Positions 11,601 through 26,600 of a DNA stretch of 64,000 bases are shown in pieces. The stretch's first letter is position 1. Each line of letters begins with the position of its first letter. Source of the DNA: Sphaerodactylus townsendi (taxonomy: Eukaryota); NCBI RefSeq assembly GCF_021028975.2, contig NC_059433.1, positions 59,768,001 to 59,832,000 on the forward strand. Direction: 5' to 3'. The notes beneath the pieces were generated by a model. The model was given only the letters and a program-made list of their open reading frames with translations, made no database searches and was not told where the DNA came from. The translations under genes were made by a program, and so were the position numbers.

Positions 11601-14600
11601 GGTATATTGATATTCTAGTGCTGATTCAAAACAAAAACTAAATAGTATTTTGGTGCAAAAGGGAGGAATTGGCTGATGATGGGACAAACTTTCTCATCCA
11701 CATGGCAGCCACCCAGGCTTCACTGTAATCTTTCCCAAAACTTTTCAGCAAAGCAAGTTTGAAAAAGATTAGAGAAAAGTGGGGAAACCCCTGGAGATGC
11801 ACAAATGCATTATGATGCTGTGGGGAGGAGGGCAGGACCACGTCCCAACAGCTTGAGCCTAGAGCAAAACCATGTGGAAATGGCCATGCTGAGTGGATTG
11901 TCATAGGCACACCAGAGGGTTCCAAGCTAAACCAAATGCCAACTTCCTTCTCCTTGAAGTAGCAAAAGAGAAAAATTTTAAAAGATTAAAGATTAGCTTA
12001 CTTTGAGCCAATGAGAGAAAGAATTAAGACTAGGCCAGGCTAATACACAAGAGAATAATTCAAACCAAGCACCTGTGAGACGACCAGAGTATCATCTCAG
12101 TAAGCAGAGATTACTGAACATTCACACCAGTGAAAGTTAGGAAGGAGAGTTGTTTTTAAAAATATCCGGATTTGCTGCCTCAAGCAAGTGCCTGGAAGGA
12201 ACGATATAAATGTTCTAAATAATTTTTTTTTTGTCACTACAGGTTTACAAAGTTTTGGTCTCAGTTGGCAGTAATGAGTGGTTTGTCTTCAGGCGATATG
12301 CTGAGTTTGATAAACTATATAATACAGTAAGTAAACGCAGCTATGCTCCCATTGTTGAGAACTTTTGATGTCCCTCTGCCGCTCAACTGTTGATAGTTCA
12401 CTATGACATCTACGGCACCTATATTCAGTAGTCAGGCTTAATTGTGTGTTGTTTATTACAGCTAAAGAAACAGTTTCCCACGATGAACTTGAAGATTCCT
12501 GCTAAAAGAATATTTGGAGACAATTTTGATCCAGGTAAGTTAAATTGCGAATCAATACATTTATTAGAAAATACGCTGTTGGATTGCACAGACAACAGTA
12601 TGGGAGATTTAATGCTTGTAGTTTAGTCTAAAATTGCCATGTGTACTCTCTGTTTTGTGGCAGAATGGGCTTGCTTTCTCGGCAGGCCCTATTCCACCCC
12701 AAGCCTCTACCAGGGGTTCCCACCTTTTCCTGGAAAGGTCTTGCTTTCTTTCTCTGGGTAAACTACTGCACCACCTGACCGTTTGAGGAACTGCCCTCTG
12801 GGGTGGGTCAGGGCTCCCCAGCCTCCTTTTCCAACACTGAAGCCTACCCTCGGTTTCCCCGGGTTCCACAGGGCAGATTGGAGACCCCACAGGAGTAGCT
12901 GCTTGCCAACTGCCAGCCTTTCTCCTAATCCCCTCCTATTCTGATAGCGCATCCACAACAGTGGAGGCCCAGGTGGTACAGAGAACTGTTCCCAACATCT
13001 AAGGCTCCGAAGTATTTATTAAAAATAAAATAGTCACAAGTATGTTTTAGCACTGCACCAGATTGAGCAGGGGTTTCCAAAACAAATGAGATATAAACGC
13101 AAATCCTCTATCCCTTATTCTAAACGTACCCTAGCAGTTGTTACAAGATGGTGGGCTCTTAAGCTTAGAAGGTTACAATTCTCACAGAGTTCCCATTACC
13201 TGGAAGGCCAAGTCAGCTCCCTAAGTGAGCACATGGTCCAAAAATGGCTGCTCTCTTCAGTGGCAAGAGGTCTACTCCCTTCAGTGGCCCAGCAGAAAGA
13301 GAGCTCACCCCTCTGTTCCCAGCAGTTTTATCAGTTCCCAGGCCCCACCCCGCTCTCAGGGTCAGTCTGAGTTATCTTTTCCCCCTAGGTCAAATATCTC
13401 TTCTTAATGTCCCTCTGGCGTTTTCAAGTTCTCCAAATTTGTGATACCTGCTTGGAGAAGGAGAGGGAAAAAAGTGGGGGAGGGAAGGAAGGAGCCATTT
13501 CCTCACATGGTTTAACAGAGAGATTAGTCACAGTTGGCAGCTCCTTGTGTTCCATAATTTTTTGTGCTTCGCTTTTTCCTCTTGTCTAATATGTGGTAAT
13601 TGTTCTATGCCTAATAAAGGTTTATCTATCTATGTGGTAATTGCAAAAATCTTAAACACAATTGTATTACCAGGCTAAACTCTTTTTTTTATCAAGTCAC
13701 AAATGACTTATGACGATCCCTTGAGGTTTTCAAGCAAGAGACGTTAGAGGTGGTTTGCCATTACCTTCTTCTCTATCACAACCCTGCTATTCCTTGCTGA
13801 TCTCTTCTAAATACTGATCAGGGCTGACCTTGTTTAGCTTCTTAGATCTGACAAGATGGGGCTTACCTGCGCTATCCAGGTCAGAGCAAGCTATACCGTA
13901 TGGCCAAACAAAATCATACTGAGCTACGGTCCTTTCATGTGTTCTCCCTTCCGTATCCTTCCAGCTTGCTTAATTGCTTCCTGTTTTGTGATACCATCTG
14001 TTTTCTCTTGGTGTTCTTTCTGCATCCAAACAAGAACTGATAGTTTACAGTTGTTTACAGGAGAATGAGAGGGCTGAAATACTGTTTTTTCTAACTTTGC
14101 AGCCAGCCACTCATGCTATTATTCTCCTACAGAATACAATAGAATTATGAATGGTGACTGTGAAAAGCAATATTTGACTGCCACTGTCATTTGTAAATAA
14201 ATACAAAGTATGTATAAATGCCATGGACTGTGTTTCACTTTCTTCCCAAAGTCATTTGGAGTTTTTTTTTCAGTTTGAAATTAGTTTATACAAGGTGGTA
14301 ATTAATAAATAAAATTAGTTTATACCAGGTGGAATCACACGGGAGCTTCCACCTGGTGGTAAGGGAGCTATAACCTGTGAGATTCTTGGGGACTCTTGGT
14401 TTCTTTTGTTTTTTTCTGCTCTTCCCCCCTTTCCCTTTCCTATTCCTCCATCATTTGTTTCTCTCCTTTCTTCAAGGTGTGGTGCTAGGGTTTCTAAGCA
14501 ACTCCAGAATTCCTCTGTGATCTTGCATGGTTTCCTGAGTTCTCAGTTGGCATTCTCTGTTGGGGGGCGGGGGCGGGAGAGGGTTAAATTTCTCCCCCTG

Positions 14601-17600
14601 TTTTAATTTTTTGAGATTTTTCTGCAGACTCCTCCGCCCCCTCCAGTTTGTTGAAACTTCTCCCCTGTTCATGCAGACGAGTGGCCAGTTTAAGAATTGG
14701 GTGGAAGAACCATACTAAACATTAGAATGGTTCAAATGGCCCAGCAAAATGTACTGATCAGTTCCCTACACCCCCCAAAAAAAGTTTTGTTTAAATAGCA
14801 AGGAAGAAGACTTCCAGAGTATTACATGATTACTGATGAAGAGTGCCCTAATTTCTCATGTATTCAGGTCTCAGATGACAGCAGAGCTCACCATACCTGC
14901 TGACCAAGAATGAGTCATGTGTCATTTAAACCTTGTAGCTCCTTCCGTCTAGTATTCCTTCTCTTCCCTCTGCTGTTTGATCGGTACTCTGCTTAGATGG
15001 GAAACCATTCTCCATCTTCTTCTGGCTTGATTGGCTGGAAAAACTTGCCCTATTGTCTGCATTTGTGTTGACAGTCATACAAACTCTGATGATCTCTCCC
15101 AAGATTTGCTAGGTAGATAATATGGCATAGCATTAATCAAAAGGTGGGTTGGATATTCCTTCCTTTCTAATAATGTGGTCATGTTTCCTCCACAACTGAG
15201 GTTAAAACACTTTGTGTTTTTCATAGTACTTCACAAAAGCCCAAAGTCCCCTGGTGTGTGAACAGTAATACTTCAATTACAATATGTACTTTTCAATGAC
15301 TTGGATAGAACTATGAAGTGTCTGCAATCAGGAATAAGCTTTCCTGTTCTCAGGCTAGTGCATGGTTTTGTTGTTCTTCTGATTTCTGGGTGATATTTCT
15401 AAAAAGAGGGTTGGAAGAAACAAACTCTATTTTTCTTTTACTAATATTTATATTCCTTTCAGACTTCATTAAACAAAGAAGAGCAGGGCTGAATGAATTC
15501 ATTCAAAATTTAGTACGTCAGCCAGAGCTATGCAATCAGTAAGTATACTTAATTTTTTTTTCATAAGGGACATTTTGGTTAAGCGGATATGTGACATATC
15601 TTATAATAGAACTCTTAATCCACAAATTGCTTCCAAGTGATCCAAATAGGAGAGTCCAATAGTGTATTTATTGCCAGATAATGCACAAAAACAGTAGCTA
15701 GCTAATCATTACCATACCCTTCTAGAGTAAGCACTTGAATTGCTGCTGAAATTATTTTTTTAGTACCCTAAATATGTGTTAATTTTGTGTGTTTGTGCCG
15801 CTTTGGGGACCCTGATTGTGGGAATAGATGGCATAAAAATGTTTTAAATAAACAAATCATGCCTACACGTGTTGAGTGTTGTTTAAACTTTATTAGATGT
15901 AAGGTTATGTTATGGTATTAGAACATTATCTAAATTCTGAAAATAAAACAATTGGTTTCTAGTTCATACAGTGGTAAAAATGTATTAGACTAAAGACCTT
16001 CCTGTAGCTATGAAGCTCCAACTGAGCTAGGTAGAGAGCAGCAGTAACTACTTATCTACTGATAGCAGGATATAGGAAGAATGGAACTCTTCCTGTGTCT
16101 GATTGTCATTCTATATCTAACACCTTTTGTTTTATTATCTGCTTTGCCTGATCATGGCCCTTTCCCGGAAGAGCAGATGGAGTAAAATCCAGCCAAGTTA
16201 CCTTACTGCCGACAGCCTTCAGCCATGCAGAGTGGAAATCATCTATTAAAATTAAGGGGGTTAAATCTTGAGGTAGGAAATTTAGCTTTAGCTAAAAGTT
16301 GAGTGAAACAAGGCATACTCGAACTTCCATTCTGATAATTCCTGTCCTCAATTGCATTTGAAATACAGTGAAGGACTTTCCAGGCAGCTCTTAAGAATAT
16401 TGCCTGAGTGTACTTGCAGGGGTGGGGGGGTATAGAAGTTGAAGATGGCCCTGATTTGGCCCCATATAACAATTGGGTCATTTGATTTAACTTGAAAAAA
16501 GTTTTAGGGCTGCTGGAATAAAGTGTTCACCCTTTGCCCACAAAATTTAATAATATTTAATGCAGACTTTTGCTCAGCATCAGCTGCATAAATATTGTGG
16601 GCTTTCTTTAAACCAGGAGCTTGGAAGTACTTAAGCAGAGATACTTGTTCGATCGGATAGCCATCCAGGCTCCAGGCCCTCTGTTTTGATTTCTTGCCAA
16701 AGGCCATTATTTTCATTTTTTGATAATTAATTGTTAAATGGTCTTCCCTATAGTATTCAGTCAACACCCTTAATTCTTTTCTCAGCCCAACCAGGGTCCT
16801 AGAAAGAACAATGGCATCTTTATCAAACCATTGCTTTGATGACCTCCCCAATCTCTTTCAACTTGAACCAACATCTTATATCAGTAAGGGCTTCAGACTC
16901 TGTAGTAAACTTTGATAAGAGGTTAAGGGACCTTGCTTCGCATTAGATTATATAAATACTTAGCGATACCTTAAACTATTTTTTCCATGCCAAAGCTTTC
17001 TTTACTGTTTCATCAAGCCACGGAAACCATTTGACTCAGTGGCCTACTCAGTGGCCTACTTGATGCACTTGTTACCATATTACATGATGGGACTTCAAAT
17101 AGGATAACCACAAAGGAACAGAGATTTGTATCAAAATGGGGAAACAATCCCCTTCCAAATAAGGTATAATCTGAATTTTTTTTTAACCAGGGGGAGCAAT
17201 AAACCACACACAATCATATAGTCACACTTGACCCTAAACCTGACATGAATATGAGTTCATTGAGATGATCCATACAGAGGTCAGAAACTGGAAGCAGTTA
17301 CAACCCAAATTCAGTTCCTTGGGTCTAAGTATGAGTAAGTGGATCAAAAGACGGAAGTATGTCTGAAGAGGGGCAGTCTCCTGTAGAAGATGGAACCCAA
17401 AAAGGACCATCCAAGCTTCTCATTTCATAGCCATGCCTATTACTGGAATATATTAAATTTATACCTTGTACCGAACCCTGAGATTTTTCCAAAGAAGGTT
17501 CATCACCCTTATTTTCAGATGGTTGATTATTCGAATCATTCAAATTCATCTGCCTTCATGATTCATTCTATGGAATGTGCCGATGACCCTAACAACTTTG

Positions 17601-20600
17601 TCTGTACTGCTAGTTTTCCTGCAGCTCATCAAAACAGTTATTTCAGAAGATTTTTAATAATGCTTTTGCTGTTGTGGTTCATTAATTTTCATTCAGTTAT
17701 ATGCAATTTGGTTGGTGCAGGATTTTTTGGTTTAATTTTAACAATTAATTAGAACAAATCATAACAATAATGTTGAAACTGGTAGAAAGGAAATTGCTTT
17801 TTCTGGTGGAGGTTGCAGATTAATCTATGCCATACAGGTAGAAGGGGAAACATTATTTAAGAGCTGGTAGAGCTAACTGAACAACTATCTGTTTTAATAT
17901 GATTTTTGATTTATAAGATTTATGTCTGTAAGAATTTATAGCAAAATAGAGAGGCTGAAGAAGTGGCATAATTATATCACTCTTTATAATTTATGGGTTT
18001 CATTGTTATTTTTAGCTCAGATGTCAGAGCATTTCTTCAGATGGATAATCCAAAGCACCAGTCTGATCCATCTGAAGATGAGGATGAAAGGAACAGTCAA
18101 AAGGTAACTGATCAGATGGCATCTGCTAGAAGGATAATAGTTGTCTGTTTTAAGAAAAGAGTGAATTATACAAATACTTTCTGCATTGTAAGAGAGCCTG
18201 TCTTTATTTATGCCCCACTTTTCTGCCACTTAGGTCTTCAAGGCATGTTACAAGTAAATTTAGGCAAAGCTGTTTTCAGTCTCAGCAAGGGCAGGCTTCC
18301 ATATGGCAGTTTCCAGTGCTAGAACAGACTGACTCCCTCAACATGCACCATATGTGCCTGCCAAGGGGCATATGTCACTGGTGCAGCCTCAGAAGTAGGG
18401 CAAAGATTGTGTCTTTCTTTGAAGCACCAATTTAATGAACTTATGAAGTCACTAAGCAGGTAACATGCAAATTGGATTTGAAGTGTGACAGGGCTGCTTC
18501 TGTCACATCATTCTATAGACAGTGGACTTGATTGCAATTCAAATCCCCACAAGAGGGGACCTAATGAAATTGTCCTTCTACCCCATTGTTAATTGTGTTA
18601 TGTTACTCAAGAAAGTGAAGCAAGCCCCTGCTTTATCTCATCTGTAATTGTCTTGCAGTTTTAAGGCTGTATTTCACATAATCTCCATCTTTTGATCATT
18701 CAGAATCCATTATGGACCAATTTTTTAAATGTTTCCCTTTGTCTAATGGAGATCTGTGTCCCGTGCACTAGAGCTCCTATGCCCCATAAACAGCTCTGGT
18801 AAAATTATCTTCACAATGAAAAAAAGAGCTAATATGACAACAGTAGCAGCCATTATTTAGGATACTGCTGGTAAAACTTTGGATGAAAAAGGGGGGCAGC
18901 AAGACTAGAGTTCAACAACTCCACACCAGTCAGTAAAATCATAAGCACAGCAGACAGGAAACTTGTGATCCTGTTTTTGGGGGAGGGACGTAGCTCCTTC
19001 ATGACTCCACTCCTTGAATGGAACACTGGGATTCCAAACAACATAGCACACCACTGAACTGGTTTCTCCAAATCTACTCAACTGCTCCCAAGTACTTTCC
19101 CCAGAAGACAGTACCTACAAATAGTTGGTTACAGAGACAGTTGCTGTTACATTGCTACTTTTTCATCATAGATGCCACAGGTGCGTTCATCACTCTCCCA
19201 GTGTTTTTCACATCAGGGGTCCCTCAACATCAATGGGACCCACCGTTCCTCCCCCTTGGGAGGGTTTTAAATTACGGGTTTTTTTGCTGGACGCCGTTTT
19301 ATTGTATTAATTGCTGTTTTAATGGATCTTATGTTTTTATAGCTATAGTTCGTGGAACCCGTGCTATTTATTTGTAATTTATTCACTTGTTTTATTTGCT
19401 CCACCTGTTTTTTTGGGTTTGATTTTGGCTATATTTTGTGGGGGAATTCTTCTGTTGTACACCGCCCAGAGCCCTCAGCGGATAGGGCGGTATATAAATC
19501 TGAATAATAAATAAATAAATAAATAATAGTTCCCCTGATGTCTAGGTTTGGAGATTCATCCCTTGGGAGAAGATTATTACTACGTTTCTGCCACCACCAT
19601 CTTACCTGTGCTCTTACATAAGTGTGCGATACAGAATGATACAGTTCTGTGCAGCATGTCATGATCTTTTGCTTCCCTTCCAAGGTTGTTAAAGGACTGA
19701 GAGTTGCTTTTAGTCTCTCTAGTTACCTTAACATCTGATAGCTCTACTTAATGAGATGATGATAGAAGAAAGCTTGTTCGTTTCTTCAGTAATGTGGATT
19801 TTGCCACATACCAGAAAATAAATTTAGACTTACAAATGACTCTGAGCTCATCTGCCAAGAAAAGATCTTATTACTTCATAATTGCAAAAAATATGTTATC
19901 TTGAGGGCAACCAGGGTAATAGTTACAAAATATATCTTAAGATAAAACAGTTCCAGGAACAAAATGTTTCTTAAATATATTTGTAGTAACTTCCTCACTT
20001 TCAGTGAATTATATAACTACAGATACATACTGTCTCCTAATTGTGATGCATTATTCTTAAACTGTTGAGTAACTGACTGAAGATCAAGAGCCATGCATAA
20101 TCTATCTACAGTCCTGGAATAATCATCCTACTGTGCTACTGAGCATCATAGAGAATTCATGCCATGTGGAAGTAGACTCAGTTTTTATAGCGATCCATAT
20201 GATGCCCTTGCCACCCAATTGAATTCCAGTGTTTTCGGTGGCTTTCCTTCCCCCCTTTTCCTTTTTCGACATCATTTTTTGAATTTAAAAGTTAATTGCA
20301 GTCAATATAGTGTAGATTCACAAAGAGAAACTCAGTCTTCCGACCACTGCTATCCATTCAAAGGTTGCTTTCCTAATTTGATAGTGCTTCTCAGTTTTAC
20401 TCATTATTTCATGTTCACTTACAGTGGTCATGATCATTATTTTGTTATTTTTTGGGAAGCAGAGATATTTTAATTACTGCTTTTATGCAGCCAAGTGATT
20501 GCTCATTGATGTCTTTTCTCACGTTGGTAATTGCACTCTAACAATAAAGGGGCAATTGGTTGGACTGCAAAATGAAAAGCAGTCATTCATACACAGACAT

Positions 20601-23600
20601 ACATCCTGGACAAGAACTGATTAAGAATCAGTTTAGAGTTGTCATGGCCACTGCCAGCAAACAGGGACTAATTAAGTTTTCTCCTTTTGGGGGGGATTAC
20701 TTCTTCCCAGCTTGAGTAGACAGTTAAAAGAGGAAGTAGCATGTATTTTAAAGGAAACATATGACAAGATTTTGTCCATGGGGAGGGGGATTGCTAGATT
20801 TTTTTGAAATGGAAAATAAGAACATAAGAACATAAGAACAAGCCAGCTGGATCAGACCAGAGTCCATCTAGTCCAGCTCTCTGCTACTCGCAGTGGCCCA
20901 CCAGGTGCCTTTGGGAGCTCACATGTAGGATGTGAACGCAATGGCCTTCTGCGGCTGTTGCTCCCGATCACCTGGTCTGTTAAGGCATTTGCAATCTCAG
21001 ATCAAAGAGGATCAAGATTGGTAGCCATAAATCGACTTCTCCTCCATAAATCTGTCCAAGCCCCTTTTAAAGCTATCCAGGTTAGTGGCCATCACCACCT
21101 CCTGTGGCAGCATATTCCAAACACCAATCACACGTTGCGTGAAGAAGTGTTTCCTTTTATTAGTCCTAATTCTTCCCCCCAGCATTTTCAATGAATGCCC
21201 CCTGGTTCTAGTATTGTGAGAAAGAGAGAAAAATTTCTCTCTGTCAACATTTTCTACCCCATGCATAATTTTGTAGACTTCAATCATATCCCCCCTCAGC
21301 CGCCTCCTCTCCAAACTAAAGAGTCCCAAACGCTGCAGCCTCTCCTCATAGGGAAGGTGCTCCAGTCCCTCAATCATCCTTGTTGCCCTTCTTATGTTCT
21401 TATACAATAGCATTGTACCCTGAGTGCTTAGTAGAGCCCCATCCTTGTTGCCCTTCTTATGTTCTTATGTTCTTATACAATAGCATTGTACCCTGAGTGC
21501 TTAGTAGATCCCCATCCCCAATTTTAATTCTACCTGCAGCTGATTATGGAAAAGTCTTCTAGTGTGGAACCAGCTGTAATCTACAAGTATTAGGTTAAAT
21601 GAGTACATCAATAGATTCAAAGATGTACTTCTTAAAAATCAATTAAGAGACCTGCTCAGAAAAGTCATATAGTGAAAGTTCCATGAATCCTTCAGTCTAT
21701 AATAATGATATACCAGTTTCAGACTTTTTTGGTGGGAAAGGGGGAGGGGATCACTTGCTTGGTGGTCTTTTCAATGTAATATCAGAGAGGCAGATATGAT
21801 CTGAAATTGCAATTTTCTAATTAATTAAAAAGGAACCATAATCTTGTGTGAGTTACTTGCTCCAACATCACATAGGTATTGTTACTGGGAAGAGCTGTGG
21901 CTGTGGCTCAGTGGTAAGGTCCCAGAATCATTGGCATTTTCATTTAAAAAGATCAAGTAGTCAGTTAAGTGAAACTTTTCTATTTGAGGCCAGGCTTAGT
22001 GGACAAACTGACCTTGACAGAACAGTTCAGTATAAGGCAGCTTCATGTGTCAAATAAACATATATCAGGGCTTTTTTTTTTTAAGTGAAAGTTACACACT
22101 TCTGTATCAACAAAGCCAACTGGCAAACTTCTTCTAAAGAAATGCTGAATGGTAACATGCAGTTGGTATTTGTTTTCCTCTCTTGCCTCAGCATTTTAGT
22201 ATCTTATCTACATTTAGCTGAATATATTGTTGAGAGCTGTGACTGTCAGTAAATATTACAACAAAAATAGACTAGAGAGACTTGGATCAGACAGTTTTCA
22301 CTAAATTTGCTGAAGAGATTTCTGTAGTTTACTAATCAGTCAGTTTATGGGAGCTTAAAACAGTATGGGATTTTTATATGTAACCTTTGAAGCGTAAATG
22401 AATAGAGTACTCAATATATTTAAATGTATAGTTAATGTTTGCTGAAGTTATTTCCAAATCCTTATCGGTGTTTGTTTTAAGAGTAACTTTTCCTTTGTCT
22501 GTCATGGCTTGTTTTGATGTGATGATGTTAACTTTTCTGGTGGTCACCACAGAAAGCTAAGGCCCTTTCCGCACAGCGGAAAGGGTGCTCCTCCACTGGC
22601 AGGAATTATGCCGGTGGAGGGGAGAGGGCCGTTCGCACGGGAGCGTGCGAGCGGCCCCCGCAGAGACCGCTGCCTCTTCTGCGTCCCCCCACTCACCTCG
22701 TCCTCCAGCGTCGGTCTGGAGGGCTGCAGGGACCCGCCCATGCTGCCCTCCGACCTCCAGGGGTCGGAGGGCAGTGTGGGCGGGTCTCAGCAGCCCTCTA
22801 GACCGATGCTGGAAAACGAGGTGAGTGGGGGGGGGGGGACGGGAAAGCGGCTCCTTCGGCACAGTGCGTTTTGCACTGCGCCGATGGGAGGCCGCCACTT
22901 TCCAAAAACCTCCCTTGGGAAGGGAGGTGGAAAGTGGCGCCTTCACGCCGCTCGGGGCCACACAGGATGGCTGCCCAGGGACCGGATCTGATGATGGTAA
23001 AGCTGCCAGCCACAGATGCAGGCAAAACAGTAGAAAATGCTACTAGAACATGGCCATACAGCCCGGAAACCACACAACACCCTTCATTAATTAACATGAG
23101 AGGGAGCATTATTAATAATAATTACATTGATTTTTTTGGAGACCACCTAAAATCTACAGGAAAGTTCTAACAAATAATATATGTAAAACTTTGATATGAC
23201 TTTTTTTCTCCTCTTCCTTTCAACAGCTAAATTCTACCTCACAGAATATCAACTTGGGACCATCTGGAAATCCTCAGTAGGTTTTAGTTAAATATAAACC
23301 AAATGTAAGATTGACTTTAATTGTTAACCATGAAGTCATTAAACAGCTACTTATTTGCCATTTTGAGTAGTCTGAGAAAGAGAACATTTTCTACTTTAAT
23401 AACAAGAAAATCTCTGTGTCATCTTAGTGGAAAACTATAGTGAAAAGTTGAATCTCTTACAAGTTAGTGCAATAAATACTGAGCAAAACTATTGTAATCA
23501 CACAGTGAAGAGAAATATACAAAAAGTGTGGGGTGGAACGTTTAATATTGAATGGGACAAAAAAAAGGCTAGAATAAGTGATGCCAGACTAGTAAATATA

Positions 23601-26600
23601 AATTGTGATTGTGAGTAAGCACCAAGAATCAAGAAGTGAGAGAGACATCAGAAATATGTTTTATTATTTAAATTATATATTACAGAAATATAATAAAATC
23701 TAGAATAGTGGGTACTGGTCTGACTATTTCGCTGTTGGATATAAAATAAGATCATCCTCTCGACTACCGTAAATGACCTCCTTTATCCTGAATTCCTCCT
23801 AGTGCTAAACCAACAGATTTTGACTTCCTGAAAGTTATTGGGAAGGGAAGCTTTGGCAAGGTATGCTTCATTCTTTATTTATTTGTTTTTATTCCATTCC
23901 ATTCAAGCTTTAATTGTTTGGGGAAATTTTCCTTTCTGCTGGTGATGCAGAGAGAATGTGAACTACATGAAAAGACTGTGAAATAGTGTTTGTTGGCCAA
24001 ATAATGCTCTTCCTGTAGTTTAATGTTTTAGTACCAGAACTGACTGTCATTCTGTATACAAACTCTTTAGGTTCTTCTTGCAAAAAGAAAACTGGATGGG
24101 AAATTCTATGCTGTTAAAGTATTGCAAAAGAAAATTGTTCTCAACAGGAAAGAGGTGAAAGGAAATTAGATATTTTATCTTTCTCTCCAATTCCAAAATG
24201 GTTCCTTTTTACTTATTGACCTTTCACTTCCTTGCAGCAAAAACACATTATGGCTGAACGTAATGTGCTGTTGAAAAATGTGAAACATCCATTTTTAGTG
24301 GGATTGCATTATTCATTCCAAACTACAGAGAAACTTTACTTTGTTCTGGATTTTGTTAATGGAGGGGAGGTAGGTATATATTTGGGTTTCTCTCTCTGGT
24401 GGAAGAATCATGCCTACTAAATTGGCAGAAACAGTTTTTGACACTTAAGACAGAAGTTGTGATAATAAATTCTAGCAAGTGAATGCAAGACTGTTGACCT
24501 TTGTAAAGACCACTGTATTGTTGCACCATATACATGTATTAGCTAGTCTGTTGCTGTGATTCTTGGGGAGGAGTGAGAGGTTAGATTCCTAGCATGTGAT
24601 GCAACCAGTTTTAGTCATCTCATAGCACTTTTTCTTAGCCCTCCCCCCCAAATAGATTTTAAATACAGACTCCAGTTCACTAGTTTATCAATCAGCTGTA
24701 GCTAAAACATGCAGGATTACAGAGGTGACAAAAGGAGGAAACAGCTATAGGAAGGATGTGAATTACTATGCACATAATCTATTCTCGCTGTGTTGATAGC
24801 TGTTCATAGGAAACTTAGCAACATACAGCATATTGCTGAGAGAGATGCTATCAACTGTTATTTTAAGTACCCGTATTAACTGAATCTGTACTTTGCATAT
24901 TTACAGCTCTTCTTTCATTTGCAAAGAGAACGATCCTTTCCTGAACACAGGGCCAGGTTTTATGCTGCTGAAATAGCCAGTGCACTGGGTTACTTACACT
25001 CCATAAATATTGTATACAGGTAACGATTTAGATGATACAGATGGCCACAAACTTAGCATAAACATTTTACTAATGCAATATGCATCTACTTCTGACTCTT
25101 ACAACTAATAGTCTCCTCTTTTACCAAGAGGGCTTATTTCTTTTAAAAAGATTTATACAACAGAGTATTAATCTTGGTTGTGACTATAGCAAGACATTAA
25201 CTTAAGGTTATTATTTTCATAACCAGGGATCTGAAACCAGAGAACATTCTTCTAGATTCAGTGGTAAGCATTACATCTCTCCTATTTTGCCAGAGCTCTG
25301 CAATTACCAGCGTACACACTTTTACAGTATAATCTCTGTTTTCTATGCAGGGACATATTGTGCTAACAGACTTTGGGCTTTGTAAAGAAGGAATGGCTAA
25401 TTCTGACACCACAGCAACCTTTTGTGGGACACCAGAAGTAAGTTGTTCCTTGAAAAGAGATTTGCTTTATTTCACAATGTGTTTGTATGGGGGAGGGACA
25501 CCTATAGAGAGTCAAATTGTTCATTATGTGCAGTTGTATGTTTTTTACTCTGGTTATCTTGCTTTGTACTTAATGGCTGCCATCAGAATGGCTGCCATCA
25601 GAATCCAAACAAGGGGGTAAGAGTTGGAGACAGCTGGATTGGTCCAGAGTAAAATTCAAATGCAGGAACCAAAAGCCACGTAATAACTTTTATTAGGACA
25701 CATTTAAATGTTATCCAACTCTGCAAGTTTTCACATTCTCCAGAACTCTTTCTTGGGCAGGCAGTTAGAAAAAATAGGGGGATGGGGAGCAGATTTTTCA
25801 AGCTATGATATTAATGCCTTTTCTAGTCAGCATCCTTTGTCAATGCTGAACAAGCATACAGATTTACAGCCCAATTCAAATGGGGGAGTAGAATGGACTG
25901 TGGGAGAATTATGGGCCCGCACCAACATGGTTGTCCTCCCCATCAGTGAAAGTGGCATCTCTGCTAGTGGGGAAGGCAAACAGAGCTGCCGGCAGGTAAG
26001 GGCATTCTCAGAGGGAGAACACCAGTGCAGTTGGGGGAGGGCTAGGGGTATTCCTAAGAGTGGAGCTGACAGTAGTCAGCCCAGGAATGTCCTTGGCACA
26101 GGCCAGTAACTTACTCCACAAAAACATGTGACGTAAGTTACTTTTTTCAGTGGAGTTTTCCAGTGGCAGCAAGGTTTTTTTCCACCGCTGCTTGTTGCCC
26201 CGCCCAGAGTTTCATTGGAGGTGATGTGACGCCCCTCCTCCATGCCATCTCCAGCTGCTGCGGATCTCCCAGCATCTGGATTGGGCTGCCCATGTGGAAC
26301 GGTATCTGGTTGTACTTATTGCATACTGGTAGGAAGATGTAAAAAATGGAGTCCTCCCATTATAGCAACAAATCCCAGCATTAGTCCAAGCATATCTTGA
26401 AATCACCTGAAATACACAGATCACTTAAAGGTTGAGGGCAAATTTGATAGTCCTTGAATTAATTGTGCTGGAGATAAATTTTAAATGATATAAAAGATAT
26501 AAACATAAGTTGAAACCAAACCAAAAGCTGGTGTTTTGGTATGACAGTCCCCACCCCACCCTCCAAACCTTGCAAAAGTTGTCGGGTTGTTTCTTGCAGT

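Noticed and set aside
13780-13887. 5S rRNA gene
   Set aside because: Diverged and fused to a SINE tail, so a 5S-derived SINE rather than a functional rRNA gene
22544-23170. Cluster of overlapping 65-134 aa ORFs (likewise at 33348-34170, 43740-44316, 46249-46861 and 55390-56853)
   Set aside because: Stop-poor GC-rich repeats on both strands with no recognisable protein
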